Shown piece by piece: positions 1 to 13,289 of a DNA stretch of 64,000 bases; the stretch's first letter is position 1; every line of letters starts with the position of its first letter. The stretch is from Carcharhinus amblyrhynchos (lineage: Eukaryota). The notes beneath the pieces were generated by a model, which made no database searches, was not told where the DNA came from, and saw only the letters and a list, made by a program, of their open reading frames with translations. The position numbers and the translations under genes are program-made. The DNA lies in NCBI GenBank assembly GCA_965287045.1, contig OZ336878.1, forward strand, positions 53,134,001 to 53,198,000, written 5' to 3'.

Positions 1-1110
1 TTCAAAGCAGTGAGAAACTTTTTCCTTCTAATAGCTATATTTAGTCCACTCTTGCCAGCTCATCTTCCAGCTTTGTAGGATTTGTTTTCTCCTAATTTAG
101 AACTTTCACTGCTGTTCTATATTTGTCCTTTTCATAGTGATGCTAAATCTAACTATAATATGGTTATTAGCTCCTAAATGGTCCCCACTGCTACTTCATC
201 CACTTGCCCACCCTGATTTACTGAGACTAAATCTAGAATTACTCTCCCTCTTATGTGCCTCCTTAAAAAGTTCTCTTGAATCCAGTTCAAAAATGTTGTC
301 CTCTCTGCCCTTCAGACTCTTCGTATCCCAATTAGCGTATAGGAACTGTATAAACTGGGTGCTTTACACCTAATCAGGAGTGGGAGAATTAAACTAGATT
401 GGCAGGGGGGTGGTAACCTGAGGGTAACTGCAGAGCAAGGAACATAAAGTGGAAAGTTAGTGAGCAAGTGATTCTGAGACAAAAGCAGCACAGGTTAAAA
501 AGTGTACAACACAGGGATTTGCAGCCCCCAACAATTAAAGACCTATTGTTTTATCTGGCTATATATTTGCTCTTATAATTCCCTTCTGCTATGAGGGTCT
601 GTAGTAGTCCTAGCAATGTGGATGCCCTTTTTTAGTTGTAATGTCAATCCATATGGCCTCATTTGATACCTCATTTAATGTATCATCCCTCCTCACAACT
701 GTAATTAATTCTTTAAATATTGCTGAACCCCCACCTTTTTATCCCCTCCCTAAACTGCCTGAAAATTCTATATCCAGGGATATTGAGCTGCCATTTTTGT
801 CCTCCTCAAACCAAATTTCCATTATAGCAATGATATGATATATTGCCATCTGTCTATCTGTGCCCTCAGCTCATTGACTTTATTTACTATGCTCCTTGTA
901 TTTAGATATATACCTTTTAACACCACCAAATTCCTGTGTTGTATGCTTCTTAATCTGCTTCTGTTTTTCAGAGTCACTCACTCAGTTTTTCTCCATCTCA
1001 TGCTCTTGCTCTGAATTTGCCCACAGATTCCCATTCCCCGCCAAACCAGTCTAAAATATTTATCCCACTCCTGTTCAGGTGTAAACCGTCTGGCTTGTAG
1101 CGGTCCCATA
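1..1110 (-). mobile_element. Degraded CR1 LINE (ORF1 esterase end and ORF2 endonuclease region), with a short + strand piece at about 360-520
   Basis: Reverse complement of 1070-1109 reads WDRYKPDGLHLNR, the DGLHLN SGNH-esterase motif of CR1 ORF1. Confidence 0.65.
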
Positions 1111-1501
1111 CGTCATTTCCACCTTGAGAAGGTAGCTAGTTAAAGACTGTTCCCATTGGTGGATGAATTTGCATAAGGGGCATATTTTAAGATTATTGCT
1201 AGAAGAATGAGAGGCAGAAAAAAAACAAATAGAATCAAATTATTACAGGTAAAAACTGAGACAGAGATCATACCATTTTAAAAAAAATTGAGTAAATATT
1301 TCACAGTGGAGAAATGTTAATGCAGGCATGAAAGACCAACAGGCTTCATCCTGTGCTGTAAATTATATAACCTTTTTAAAGAGCAATATGGAAGTAGGAA
1401 AGAGCAATCTGCCATAAAATAATCTTTCAGAAAAAAAGGGCAAAATATGGTAAAGGAACATTAAGGCATCCAGTATTGTCATTTTCTTCTTTTTCTTTTA
1501 G

Positions 1502-1616
1502 CCAGTGACAACCAGTCAGCTTGGGACGATCAATAATGTCATTCAAGTGAAGAAATCTGATTTTGAAGTGTTTGATGCCCTTAAACTGGACTCGCTGGAG
1601 TGTTCAGATACCTCGG
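1502..1616 (+). CDS. PRKAB2: AMPK beta-2 subunit, internal exon (end of carbohydrate-binding module and linker)
   Basis: Pyrimidine tract plus AG at 1500-1501, GT at 1617. Translates PVTTSQLGTINNVIQVKKSDFEVFDALKLDSLECSDTS, matching vertebrate AMPK beta. Upstream exons lie outside the window. Confidence 0.95.
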
Positions 1617-3879
1617 GTGAGGAATGTGCAATTGTGGATAATGAAATCTGTCAAATGAAAATAACAGTTGATTAAGATCATTTTTTAAAGGAAAAGATAA
1701 AAGAAAAACGTATATTTGGATATAAGTTTATGAAATTGAACTTATATCTGCCTAATGAATTAATGAGCCGAATCTTCCCCCTTATTTGTGCACTAAGATG
1801 GAGCTCTGCATTTCTAGCCTGGACTTCTGACCTGGGCCTCTTCAGAAATGCAGAGTGTACCTGTTCTCGCAGTCCTTCTTCATAGTGCAGGATCGCCAGG
1901 GGAAGTCAAGCCATGTCCTCTTATGCCTCTAGTTGCTGCATTTTGGTTTTCATTTATTAATGCACTGAAAAGCTTTGAGTCACTTGCATAGATTTTCAGT
2001 GCGTTGGTGAATGAGTGTGAGTAAGGTAAGTGGGTATGGTGGTAGGTGCCAGCAAAGTGGTAGGAGGGGAGGATGCCAGCTGGGTTTGGTGCCAGCATGC
2101 AAGGTGGCAGGCTGAGTAAGGTGCCACACGTGTAGGATGGTGAGGTTGGGCCAAGTTGGTTTGGGGGCGAGTCAGGAAGTGAAACAGGGCCAAGCTTTGT
2201 TTGGAGTCTGTTTAGTTATCCAGGAGTTTGACATTTTTTTTTGTCTAATATTTCTTGAGTAATTATCCAGAGTAACTGAGTCAGAACCCTCTGAAGTCTC
2301 AGATTCTAACTCAGAGTTAGAAACTTCTGGAGACTTCCGGGGGCAGAGATATTGCCCATTGGAAATTGAATCTTCCCAGGCAATTCCCATAGAATCCTTG
2401 CATTAGGACTTCCAAGGGATCCTATAGTGCAGCTTCTGCAGTACACCTCTAACCATCAGGAGTCTGGACGATCTAGGCCAATATTTATTAGCTTTTAATA
2501 AAGGAAAAGAAAGGCCTGAATAACATATTTAATGACCTGGGGATATTAAGTATTTTTGAAGTGTACTCAAAGTTGTATTTTTGGAAATGCAGCAATAAGT
2601 GACCAGGCAATCTGCTTTAGATATTGGTTGAGGAATAAATACTGAGGTGAACTCTCTTGATCTTTGAAATAGATTTTTTTGCACAATTCCTGAGATTTAT
2701 TTTATGAAGATAAACTAGAATTATTCCTGCTGTAGTGAATACCAGTTAAATATTTGATCTGTATATTTTTCAGTAGTATTGCCAAGTGGTAGGTGTGAAA
2801 TTTCAGATAACCTGTGATTTTTACACTTCAGTTGATAACAGAATTTTCACGAATGCACAAGATGCCTGTAATTCTGATGCTTATGTGATTTGTTAAACAC
2901 TGTTGTGAAAGCTGCCTTGAGTAGTATTGAGACACAGCATATAAACTTAGGAAATATGTTTTGGGAATGCCTATCCAGATATTAGTGCAACAGCACATCT
3001 GTTTGAAATCTGGAAAATGATGACAGTTAGGAGACTGGACACAATTACTGCTAATGCAAATGGTGAGTCTTACAGAGATCTCTAAGAATAGTTGAGAATT
3101 ATGCTGAAGAACCCAGTTCCATTTTTTATAATGCTGATCTTTCTTTCAGTATATCTTATCAAATTGGTTATTTGGAGTTCCTGCAGTGGATAAGCTACAA
3201 TATAACACTATGCTAATCCTCAGAGTGAAGAATGTCTTGAGTTTGACTTCTGGTCTGTTCTGAGTTAGCTGATCACAGCCAGGACAGTAACCAGACTGCT
3301 ACATTTGATTTCTACACACAGACTAACTAGGCAAAGGAAAAATGAATCAGGGATCCTGCTCTGATAACTCCTGCTGCTGGATATTAGTTTACAGCTGTAT
3401 TGGGCTTGGCTATAACACAGTCCATTGTTAAATTGCCAACCAAAGACCTTGTTTACATTCATACATGAAAAATGGGTCAGTGATGACACACAACAAAATA
3501 ATCAATATTTTATGACCATTTCTACGTTATGAATTAGAAGAATTCAGTTGGTATGTTTATAACTGTAGGAGAGGGGAAGATGAAAAAAAGACTTAGTAAC
3601 TGAATTCAGATGATGAAGATATGAAGTATGAAACAGGACTCAAATCAGTACTGGCAAGATATAAATATTGCATTAAATTTATAGCATAATGAGTTAAACT
3701 ACTTGGTATAACTACAGACAATGGTTGAGTAACAATTTAGGGATCTCAGCCCTTGTAATAGCCAACAAGTTTGAAGTTCTTGTAACCTGTGTGGACACTA
3801 GCAAGTCTGCATGAAAGGTGAGCAAGTTGACCCATGGCATCATGGTCCAGGGAACCATTCATGAGCTGGGGAGTAAAAA

Positions 3880-4600
3880 GTAATGTAATTATAGCAATAG
3901 CCGTACAGGGGGAACAGTGCTGTTCTCTACAGCCAAGCATGAGTGTCCTGAAGGCAGTGTTGCCTGTCCAGTGCCAGGTTAATAACATCTCTTCATGACT
4001 GGAGAGGAACTCTGGAATGGGAGTGGAAGGATCTAGTTGTCGTGGTCCCATGTGGGTATCAATGACAAAGACAGGACTAAGAGAAGGTATGAGCAGGGAA
4101 TATGTGCATTAAGGAGTAAAAGCAGCTCAGGAGAAATTTAAAAATCAGAACCACAAAATTAAGGCAAATGTTTAAGGCTGATTGTCCCTTGGACCTGATG
4201 GCTTGACTCAAAGAACAAAGAACAACACAGCACGGGAAACAGGCCGTTTGGCCCAACGAGCCCGTGCCGCCATTTTAACATTGTGAGTTCCCTCTTCCAT
4301 CCATGACCTTTATCTATGCTTATGGCACTCCACATTGGAAACCAGATTGAGGGAAGACTAATTTAGGGACAATTTGTTACATCGGTTAGCCTAAGATCAC
4401 ATCTTTGGGGTGTGGGAGGAAACTGGAGCACCCAGAGAAAACCCATGCAAGCACAGGGAGAATGCGCAAACTCCCACAGACACTGGCCCAAATCCATGTA
4501 TCTGCACAGCAAACAGTGATAGGCACTGAGCTGTCGTGTTGCCCTAGGGTCTTAAAGGAGATAGTGAATACATTGGTTGTGATCTTTCAGAAATTAAGGC
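3880..4600 (+). mobile_element. Degraded CR1 ORF1/ORF2 fragments, interrupted by a - strand SINE at about 4209-4535
   Basis: Remnants of CLPGA and VVVHVGTND esterase motifs; SINE V-domain (gggaggaaactggagcacccagagaaaacccatgc). Confidence 0.55.
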
Positions 4601-4789
4601 CACAAGTAGATCAGAGCTTATTGAGTGTCCACTACCCTACTCTCGTTCTGATTTCTTATCTTAGATCTTAAACTGGCTGGTGTATTGTCTGATGCCACAC
4701 TCTGATCTCAGAAGGATCAGCTGTTTACATAGCTCATTTTTTTGTGAATTCTACATATTCTTTTCGATTGATGTAATATCCTGTTTTAG

Positions 4790-4923
4790 ATTTATCAAGC
4801 TCCCCTCCAGGACCGTACCATCAGGAGATGTATATGTTGAAGCCTGAGGAGCGCTTTAAGGCACCTCCCATTTTACCTCCCCATCTGCTCCAGGTCATTC
4901 TCAACAAGGACACGCACATTTCA
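4790..4923 (+). CDS. PRKAB2: AMPK beta-2 exon
   Basis: ttttag|...|gtaagt; phase 1 to 0. DLSSSPPGPYHQEMYMLKPEERFKAPPILPPHLLQVILNKDTHIS. Confidence 0.96.
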
Positions 4924-5787
4924 GTAAGTTCATTAAAATAGCAATGCTGCTAACATTGCTGAAATCATATCTGTTATTTCAGCTGAGCATTTGAGGTCCC
5001 CTGTGTTGTGTATAATTTTAAATATTCAGAATCCTGTAATAGTACAGAATTCTGTAACAGGATATAGATGCAAACTTAAATGCATTTGTCAAGTGCTTGC
5101 ATGGAAGAATTTTTTCCAGAAATAAATTTCAACTTTAAATTCTCTCAATGGAACATTAAAGGTACATTCTAAAATGTTTAAAGAAACTTACCTGACAATT
5201 TATCTCATTGTGTACAAAGGTTCCAAAAACACCAAATTGGATCTGTATTTCACTACAAGAATGGCTACAATTCAGAAGTACTCAATTGGCTATAAGCACT
5301 TAGGATAACCTGAAGTTGTGAAAGGCATTATATAATCCTAATTCTTCCTGCACTAATGTTTTCATTTTTTGTCTCTCAACATTAAATTCCAATATTAAAT
5401 TTCAGTTGTCTGTTCAACTGAATACCCAGACTTAATCCTATTCCAAGGTGTTATCTTTTGCCCTTGTTGCTCCTTCTACTTTAGTGTCCTTTGCTAACTC
5501 AATAAGCTTTTGGTTGAATTCTGCATTTAAGCAATTTAGCTATGAAACCACGGGAGTCCAAATGCTGAGGTCTGGGTACTGCACTTAACATCAAGTCCCC
5601 CAAAGATCACTTTGGTTCCTACCAGTATGGACTATTTTTTATTTTAAAATAAGTCCTATCCCACCTTCATTTAGGGTTTCTTATGACATTTTTAGTTAAA
5701 TATTATCTGTGGGAAATTGTCAAAGGCATTCCGAGAGTTTAGAAAGCTTTTCAACAAGGACCTTCCCTTTTAACAAAATATATAAAG

Positions 5788-6570
5788 AACACACAAGGAA
5801 TAGAAGCAGGAGTAGGCCACCATGTACTTCAAGCCTGCCTTGCATTCTGTACGATAATGGTTGATCTATGTCAGCTTCAACTCCTTTTCTGTGCCGTTTC
5901 TCCATATTTCTCTATTCCTTGATCTATCAAATATTTATCCACCTTCACTTTAAATACTTATAATGATCCGGCCTCCACCATCCTTTGGGGCAGAGAATTC
6001 CAAGGGTTCACCACCCTCTGCAAAAAGAAATTTCTACGAGCTTCAGTTTTAAATGACTAGCCCTTTATTCGTAGTTACGTCCCCTTGTTCGAGACCCTCC
6101 CATGAGTGAAAACATCCATCCTTTCAAGCCCACTCAGGGTCTTGTATGTTTGAATAAGGTCACCCCTCACTTTTTTAAACTCCAAAGAATACAGACCCAG
6201 ATTATTTAATTCTCTTGATAGGACAGCTCCCTCATCCCAGGAATTAGCTTGGTGGATCTCCTTTGGACTGCTTCCAATGTTAATCTAATCCTTTTATAGG
6301 TAAGAGGATCAAAACTGTATGCAGTATTCCAGATGAGCCTCACCAACATCCTGTACAATTGCAACAAAACCCCCCTATTTTTAAACCACAACCCCTTTGC
6401 AATAAAAGCCAAATGCCATTTGTCACCTTAACTACTTGTCAGACCTACTTGCTAGCTTATGATTCATGCCTAAGGACACCTAGATCCCTGTGTACTTCAC
6501 ACACCTGCAGTCTCTCTGCATTTAGACAATCTGCCTTTTGATTCCTGCTACTGAAGTGCATGATCTCATA
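5788..6570 (-). mobile_element. CR1 LINE 3' fragment (RT C-terminus and 3'UTR), degraded
   Basis: ORF 6206-6412 AFIAKGL...LLQLYR...LEAVQRR; typical tail. Confidence 0.85.
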
Positions 6571-6599
6571 AAATAAATGTGATTAAGACACATTAACAG

Positions 6600-8872
6600 T
6601 GGCAGGGCAGGTGATGTATCAAGGGTGTAGCATGCTAGTGTGATCCAGGACAAACATATTTGCAGTTAAGTATTTGTGGCTGGAGGAGCTTTGGCTTGGA
6701 GAGTCATTGAGCTGGAGGCTGTGCTTCAGATAGAATGACACATTGTAAAATTACCTGGATGTTTTGTACTAGGAGGTAGTCACATCACTTAGGGTTTTCT
6801 GATTTTGTGAGCGGTCAGGAGGCTGGGACTGAGAGTGGGAGGAGGAGGAGAATCTGGTTGTCGTGGCCCATGTAGATATCAGCAACATGGTTAGATCCAG
6901 GGAAGAAGAGTTCTGCATAGAGAGTATGAAAAGCTAGGCGCTGAATTAAAAAGCTCAACCTCAAAGATGATAATTTCTGGGTTCTTACCTGAACCACATG
7001 CAAATTGGTGTAGAGTACACCAAATCAGAGATACTATGTGGCACAAAAACTGAAGGAGAAGTGGGCTCTGGTTCATGGGGCACTAGCAGCTGTACTAAGT
7101 GGATCCACCAGTTGGTATGGTCTACACCTGAACCATACTGGGACCTGTGTTCTAGTATAACTATGGAAGTAGAGGAGATTTTAAATTGAATAGTGGGAGT
7201 AAGTGATCAAGTTTGGGAAGATGTGATAAATCAAAGTGCAGAGACAAAGCAAGAGAGAAAGATATTAACGTTAGAACAGACAGTGACAGGGAATACAAAT
7301 CTGAGTAAATCAGATAGGGCTCGAGGTTACATAATAAGAAAAGGACAAAACTTAAGGCTCTGTATATGATAGCACATTGCATTCGAAACAAAACAGATGA
7401 ACAAGAGTATAATTAAAGATAATAGCCATTACAGAAACATGGTTGCAAGATGACATAGACTGGGACCTGAAGACTGAAAGGTATGTGATGTTTAGGAAGT
7501 CGTGATGTGGAGATGCTGGCATCGGACTGGGGTAAGCACAAGAAGTCTCTCAACATCAGGTTAAAGTCCAACAAATTTATTTGGCAGTACTAGCATTCGG
7601 AGCCTCAAGCTCCTTCATCAGGTGAGCAAAGACTTGTGTTCCCAAACAGGACACAAACTCAATTTACAAGATCGTGGTTGGAATGCAAATCTTTACAGGT
7701 AATCAAGTCTTAAAGGTGCAGGCAATGTGAGTGGAGAGAGGATTAAGCACAGGTTAAAGAATGTGTATTTTATATACATCTGTTTAACCTGTGACGAATT
7801 TTTATACGGTACACATCTCTTTAACCTGTGCTTAATGATCATAATATGATTGAATTTTACATTCAATTTGAGGGAGAGAAGAGTGGGTCCAAGACTAGTC
7901 TTGTAAACTTAAATAAGAACAAATTATGAGGACATGAAAGAATAGCTAGCTATCGTGAACTAGCAAATTAGGTTAAAGAATTGGTCAATAGAAATGTGTT
8001 GGTGGGCATGTAAGGTAATATGTCAGAATCTGGAGAAAATCAAGGGGAGGAATCCATAGTTAACTTAAAAGTAGTATAAAACATAAGGAAAAGGCTTTTC
8101 TTAAACTATGCTATGCAAAGATGGCAGATCAGAATATTGGACTGAATATTTAAAAAAAGCAAAGGATGGCTGAAACATTGAGGAAGGAAAAAATTAAAGC
8201 ACAACAGAAAATTAGTTAGAAATATAAAAACAAATATAAAGAGTTTCTAAAGATGTTTAAAAAAGAGTTAACAAAGTGAGCATTGGTCCTATACAAAGTG
8301 AGTCTGGAGAATTAATAATGGAAAATAAGGAAATGGCTGAACTGAACTGGGATTTTGAATCGGCCTTGTATATAGAGGATGGAAGTAACTCCCAGAAATA
8401 GCTGTAACTCAGGAAGTGAAAATTAAGGAAGAAATTGGAAAAATTATAATCACCAAGGTAGTGGTACTGAGAAAATTGTTGGCACTGTGCACCATCAAGT
8501 CATTGGGTCCTGATGGATTGCATCCTACGATCTTAAAAGAAGTGGCTAGTGAGATAGTTGATGTGTTGGTTTTCCTTTCCAAAATTCCCTGGATTTGGAG
8601 AATTTTCCATTTGATTGGAAGATAGTGAATGTAACTTCCTTATTCAAAAAGGAGACAAAGCAGGAAATTACAAGCCACTTAGCTTAAAATTTGCCATCGA
8701 GATGTCAGAAACTGTTATTAAAGATGTTATAGCAGGACTCTTGGAAAAAACAGGCCGAGTTAACATGTTTTTATGAAAGGGAAATCATGTTTGACCAATT
8801 TATGGAGTATTTGAAGAAATAAAATATACTGTGAACTAATGGGAACTGGTGGATGTACTGCACTTGGATTTT
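6600..8872 (+). mobile_element. Degraded CR1 LINE (ORF1 end to RT start)
   Basis: AITETW-like, KSLGPDGLHPTILKE and GKSCLTNL remnants; interrupted by a Penelope-like piece. Confidence 0.8.
7502..7835 (-). mobile_element. Penelope-like element terminal fragment with mutated hammerhead core
   Basis: Shares the gatgtggag...ggactggggta...aggttaaagtccaaca...gctccttcatcaggtga block with 30962-31165; short internal inversion at 7743-7835. Confidence 0.65.
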
Positions 8873-9010
8873 CTTTCCTACTCTCCTTCATCAACCTAGC
8901 ATAAACAACCTATGGTCCAGTGGATTTGTCAATCATTATTTCTTTTTTATTTATGAATTATTTTACACTATTTTCGGACCACCCTGGATGGCTTGATATA
9001 TAGTAATTAT

Positions 9011-9518
9011 AACACAGAACACTACAGCACAAACAGGCCCTTCGGCCCACAAGTTGCACCGATCACATCCACACCTACCAAGCCATAGAACTATCTGTAA
9101 CTCCCAATCCCATTAAATCCCATATACTCATCCAGAAGTCTTTTAAAAGACCCCAGTGAGTTCGCCTCTACCACCACTGATGGCAGCCGATTCCACTCAC
9201 TCACCACCCTCTGAGTGAAAAACTTACCCCTACCATCTCTTCTGTACTTGCTTCCCAGCACCTTAAACCTGTGCCCTCTCGTAGCGACCATTTCAGCCCT
9301 GGGAAATAGGCCCCGAGAATCCACCCTATCTATTCCTCTCAACATTTTATAAACCTCTATCAGCTCACCTCTCAACCTTCGTCTCTCCAGGGAGAAGAGA
9401 CGTAGCTCCCTCAACCTATCTTCATAAAGCATGCCTCCCAATCCAGGCAACATCCTTGTAAATCTCCTCTGCACCCTCTCAATAGCCTCCACATCCTTCC
9501 TGTAGTGAGGTGACCAGA
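9011..9518 (-). mobile_element. Young CR1 LINE 3' fragment
   Basis: ORF 9091-9492 is nearly identical to the C-terminal part of the 31797-33223 element. Confidence 0.92.
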
Positions 9519-9847
9519 TGGCAAGTTAATATTTTCCCTCAAGTTCCAATTTTCTGTTCCGTATTATTTATGTATCCTTTCTCCTTTTCATCTCTGTTCT
9601 TTTCCAGTCTGTTCTAGTATTTTCTATTTCCTTTCCAAAATTCTCTAATTTTTCCTTAAATTTCCCTTTCCTTTCTGACTCCAGCATCAATATTTGATCC
9701 TGGGGGAATTTTAGTGTAGATTAAATGGATATGAATAGTTCAGCTTGCAATGTTATTTTTTAGTTAAAATATTACTTTTTATTTTATAATCTTATGTAAG
9801 CAATTGAGACTCTATCATTAATCAGCCTATCTGTCTTCCTCACTTAG

Positions 9848-9916
9848 TGTGATCCTGCTTTACTACCTGAACCGAACCATGTGATGCTGAATCATCTATA
9901 TGCACTTTCAATAAAA
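9848..9916 (+). CDS. PRKAB2: AMPK beta-2 exon (alpha/gamma-binding domain)
   Basis: cttag|...|gtaagt; 69 nt; CDPALLPEPNHVMLNHLYALSIK. Confidence 0.97.
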
Positions 9917-10329
9917 GTAAGTTTGTCATATATTTCAACTGCTATTCAGATTAAATATGATCAATAGTGAAAGACGTGCATTTTTCCATTTCCTTTCATC
10001 AGCTTGTTGAAGCACATCAAATCCTTCATTTAATTGTTCACTGAAAACTGTGTTGAGAGCCCAAAGTAAAGTAGAAAAGTCAATATTAGCTGCAGAGTGT
10101 ACAGGAGTCTTTAAATGCTCAAGCCTTGATACTTATTCAGAATTATTTAAAAGCTATAAACATCATTTTCCTAAGGTTGACTAATACGCTTGTGAAAATA
10201 CTAAACTGATCACCTACAACATACAGTTTTTCAAACTCTGCTGTCTTATGCATAACGCCATTCAGTGTGGAAACCTATGTTGGGTTTTTTAGGTCTTTTA
10301 TAGTTCTATGGTTCCAAGTTAATCTTGCT

Positions 10330-11330
10330 TAACTCGATCTATACCAATCTGGAGGGAATTTTGATTTGGATACCAGCAGGACTTTCTTCATGCTAAGAGT
10401 TCTTTCCTGACCAGGTGATGTTTTCAAGCAGTTGCAGTAGTTGGAGACCAATGATTTTGAAGACTACAGATTTGTCTTCAGTATATGACAGGAGACTGTC
10501 CATTCTTGAATTTCTTCAAGAGAACCAGTACTTCTAGGGCAATCTGTGGATTCCAGTGGATGGTGCTGAGGACCAGTCTGTGTCCTTGACTTTTGCAGTG
10601 AGGTTTGCTAATAGCTGACTATCACCATTGTTAGCTCGGCAAAATACTAATTTGTAATATTCACAAAGAATCTTAGTGTTGTGAAAGGCATTCTTTGTGC
10701 ATTTTTATTTCCTTAACTACTTTGCATCATTCGATTTCATTCATCTCTTTCTTTGATGGTCAATTTTAGAATGTCTTGTCTCTTGAACAATGTCCTTCCT
10801 TCTGTACCATGAGACACCTGTTGAAAGTGGTATTTCGAACAAAGTTCGCAAGTATATTGTGTTCCCACTGGCTTCTCTGCTGCCACAAGGTTTTGAGTGT
10901 CTCATAAGAGCAAGAAGAAACGAGTTGCATTCTGTAATCAAAGAGCACTGAAGGAGGCTGGTGCCACAATTCGGCCAGTTCTGTCAGCTGAACACCACAA
11001 TTGGCATGCAGGAGATGCAATGGCTGGGGTTTTTAGAATTGTAACCTTGGTTCAGAGAAAATGCCCAGCATCAAAGTCAATAGGCTAGTAGCAGAGACTA
11101 GGTGACTTTTATGTCCTGGATTCCACGTTTTTCTAAAATTTGTCTAGCGCTCACTTGCATTATTGCCATGGATGTCATTAGCATTTCAGTGACATTTGCT
11201 TTGACCAACACTGCAGACTTGATGGTCAAGAAGAATTTTCACGTAGCCCTTAACACTATGTACAGATTCACCAGAAATAATGATGTAGCCATTTGCCTCA
11301 GAGCCTAAGGTATGCCTGCCAATGTCTTTG
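10330..11330 (-). mobile_element. Highly degraded non-CR1 LINE endonuclease region (RTE-like?)
   Basis: Faint LALxET...REASG motif in ORF 10741-10941; family uncertain. Confidence 0.3.
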
Positions 11331-12450
11331 CCGCCTTGAATTAATATGTGCATCTTGAGCATTTAGTCTGATTTGGTAATTGTTTTATACGGAGTTCCAG
11401 GCATTAGAAAACACACTTGTTTGTTTCTTTTCCCACACCTAGTGATGCACAAGACAGACTTTCATCTGATTTCACAGCGAGTTTTAACTGGAACAGGCGG
11501 CTAGCCTGTCACCAGAGGCTGATAACTTGAGGGGCACCACTCCACACTAAGCATGATTGATCAAGAGTCTGTCCCGCTTTTACTGCCACCATTGGTGTGT
11601 TGGGAGGATATTGCAGGTTGATATTCAACCTGTTGACTGCATCATGAGTGCACCTTCCCTAACCATCAAGCCCTAGGTCGGGACTCAAACCTGGAGCTTC
11701 TGGCTCAGAGGTAAGTAACATAAGACCTCCCATAAAGAGAAAATTTAATCATTCTATAATTATGTTTTTAATTTTCCAGTGATAACTGCTGGCATATGCT
11801 CCATAGGTGCTGAAAAAACACTGATGCCTTGTCCAGGTATCTATTTTTAAATTTGTGGCCCAGGCCAGCAAGAGTCAGTAACCAATTCAATTGTGGGAAT
11901 CACAACCACACCTGATTCTGCCCCTCTTTGATATCCACACATATGCAAAATCTAGGAAATGGTAATAAAGATTCTATTGAATTTTTATTCTTCCTTCTAT
12001 AACCCACAGGCACTAAGACTAATTCTGATTGCTCCCCAGATAAAATCAGTAGAGAGCACAGATTGTAAATGAAACTTTGCTGCTTGTGTTTGATTTATAA
12101 ATTGTGATACTGGGGGACATGCTTGCCAATACATCTTAATTGCATTTCAGTGTGCTAATTTATTGGCTCATGCTACTTCTAAGCTATTGGACTTTTGACA
12201 GGTCATAATAAAGAGTGTTACAATTGTTTATGATATTAGCAAATAGAATCTTAGCTCAATATTATGAGTTTTTTTTATTTTTTAACTGAATTATTCACTA
12301 TGTGGTACCTCAACTCTTCTCATGGTTGCTCAGTTATAGGTAGTTGTTATTTTATCTGACCTCAATTTGAACAATCTGGTTAGCTACTCTAAGATCAGTT
12401 CAAAGTTAATGCTGCTTTTTAATGTTTAAATCAATACTTTTTTGTCCTAG

Positions 12451-12528
12451 GATGGTGTGATGGTTCTTAGTGCCACCCATCGTTATAAGAAGAAATATGT
12501 TACTACTCTACTATATAAGCCAATTTGA
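12451..12528 (+). CDS. PRKAB2: AMPK beta-2 terminal coding exon
   Basis: tttgtcctag|DGVMVLSATHRYKKKYVTTLLYKPI-TGA, the canonical AMPK beta C-terminus. Beta-2 assignment rests on residues and adjacency to PDE4DIP. Confidence 0.96.
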   Translation, partial: DGVMVLSATHRYKKKYVTTLLYKPI

Positions 12529-13184
12529 TCTGCCATCTCTATAACCAGCATGTCCAAATGGTAATTGAATGCCTCTGTTGGTTGGCTGCTCAGTGGCGGA
12601 GCTTCATTAGGATTTTAGTAGTTGTGTCGGTTGCCTTCTACATAATCGCTACAAGCACTTTACCGGATTGAGGTACAAGTCAGACACTGAATACAATAGC
12701 ATGGAAATGCAGATTGTTCACTGTGAACTTGCATTTTGGGAAACTTGAAATGCATCTGAAATCAAGGGACTATCTTAGTCATGATGAACTGTTACACAAG
12801 GAGAAGTTTATAGTTGGAATTCAAAAGATATAACAGGTAAATACCATAAAAGCTTGCTTAGTATTTAATAAGTATTGCATTTTAATTTGCGGGTATGGCT
12901 TTACTTTTTTTTGATTTAATGAAGTGAGCTTTGTTTTTGGTTGAAACCTCCTAATGTTTACTGTGTGGAAAGAAATCCTGCTTTTAATAGTGTGCTGTCT
13001 TTAAGACGTGGAACCTATTTTATATTGGCACACCTATTTGCTTTGTTGTAGATGCACAGATGTGAATATTTTGCGACAGAACATGTTGTCCAGAATATTA
13101 GTTTGCAAGATGTGAAGTACATCAAGTAATGGATCTCACCTGATTTCACAGATGTATTTTTAATGCTGTTGAAGGATTTACAAA

Positions 13185-13190
13185 AATAAA
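13185..13190 (+). terminator. Candidate proximal polyadenylation signal of PRKAB2
   Basis: AATAAA about 660 nt after the stop codon. Confidence 0.35.
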
Positions 13191-13289
13191 ATTTTCTGTC
13201 CATGAGATTAGAGTCAGAATATTATAAACTAGGTAAGTCAAGACCTAATTTGCACAATAGCTGATTGGTTTGTGATTAAATAATAACAG

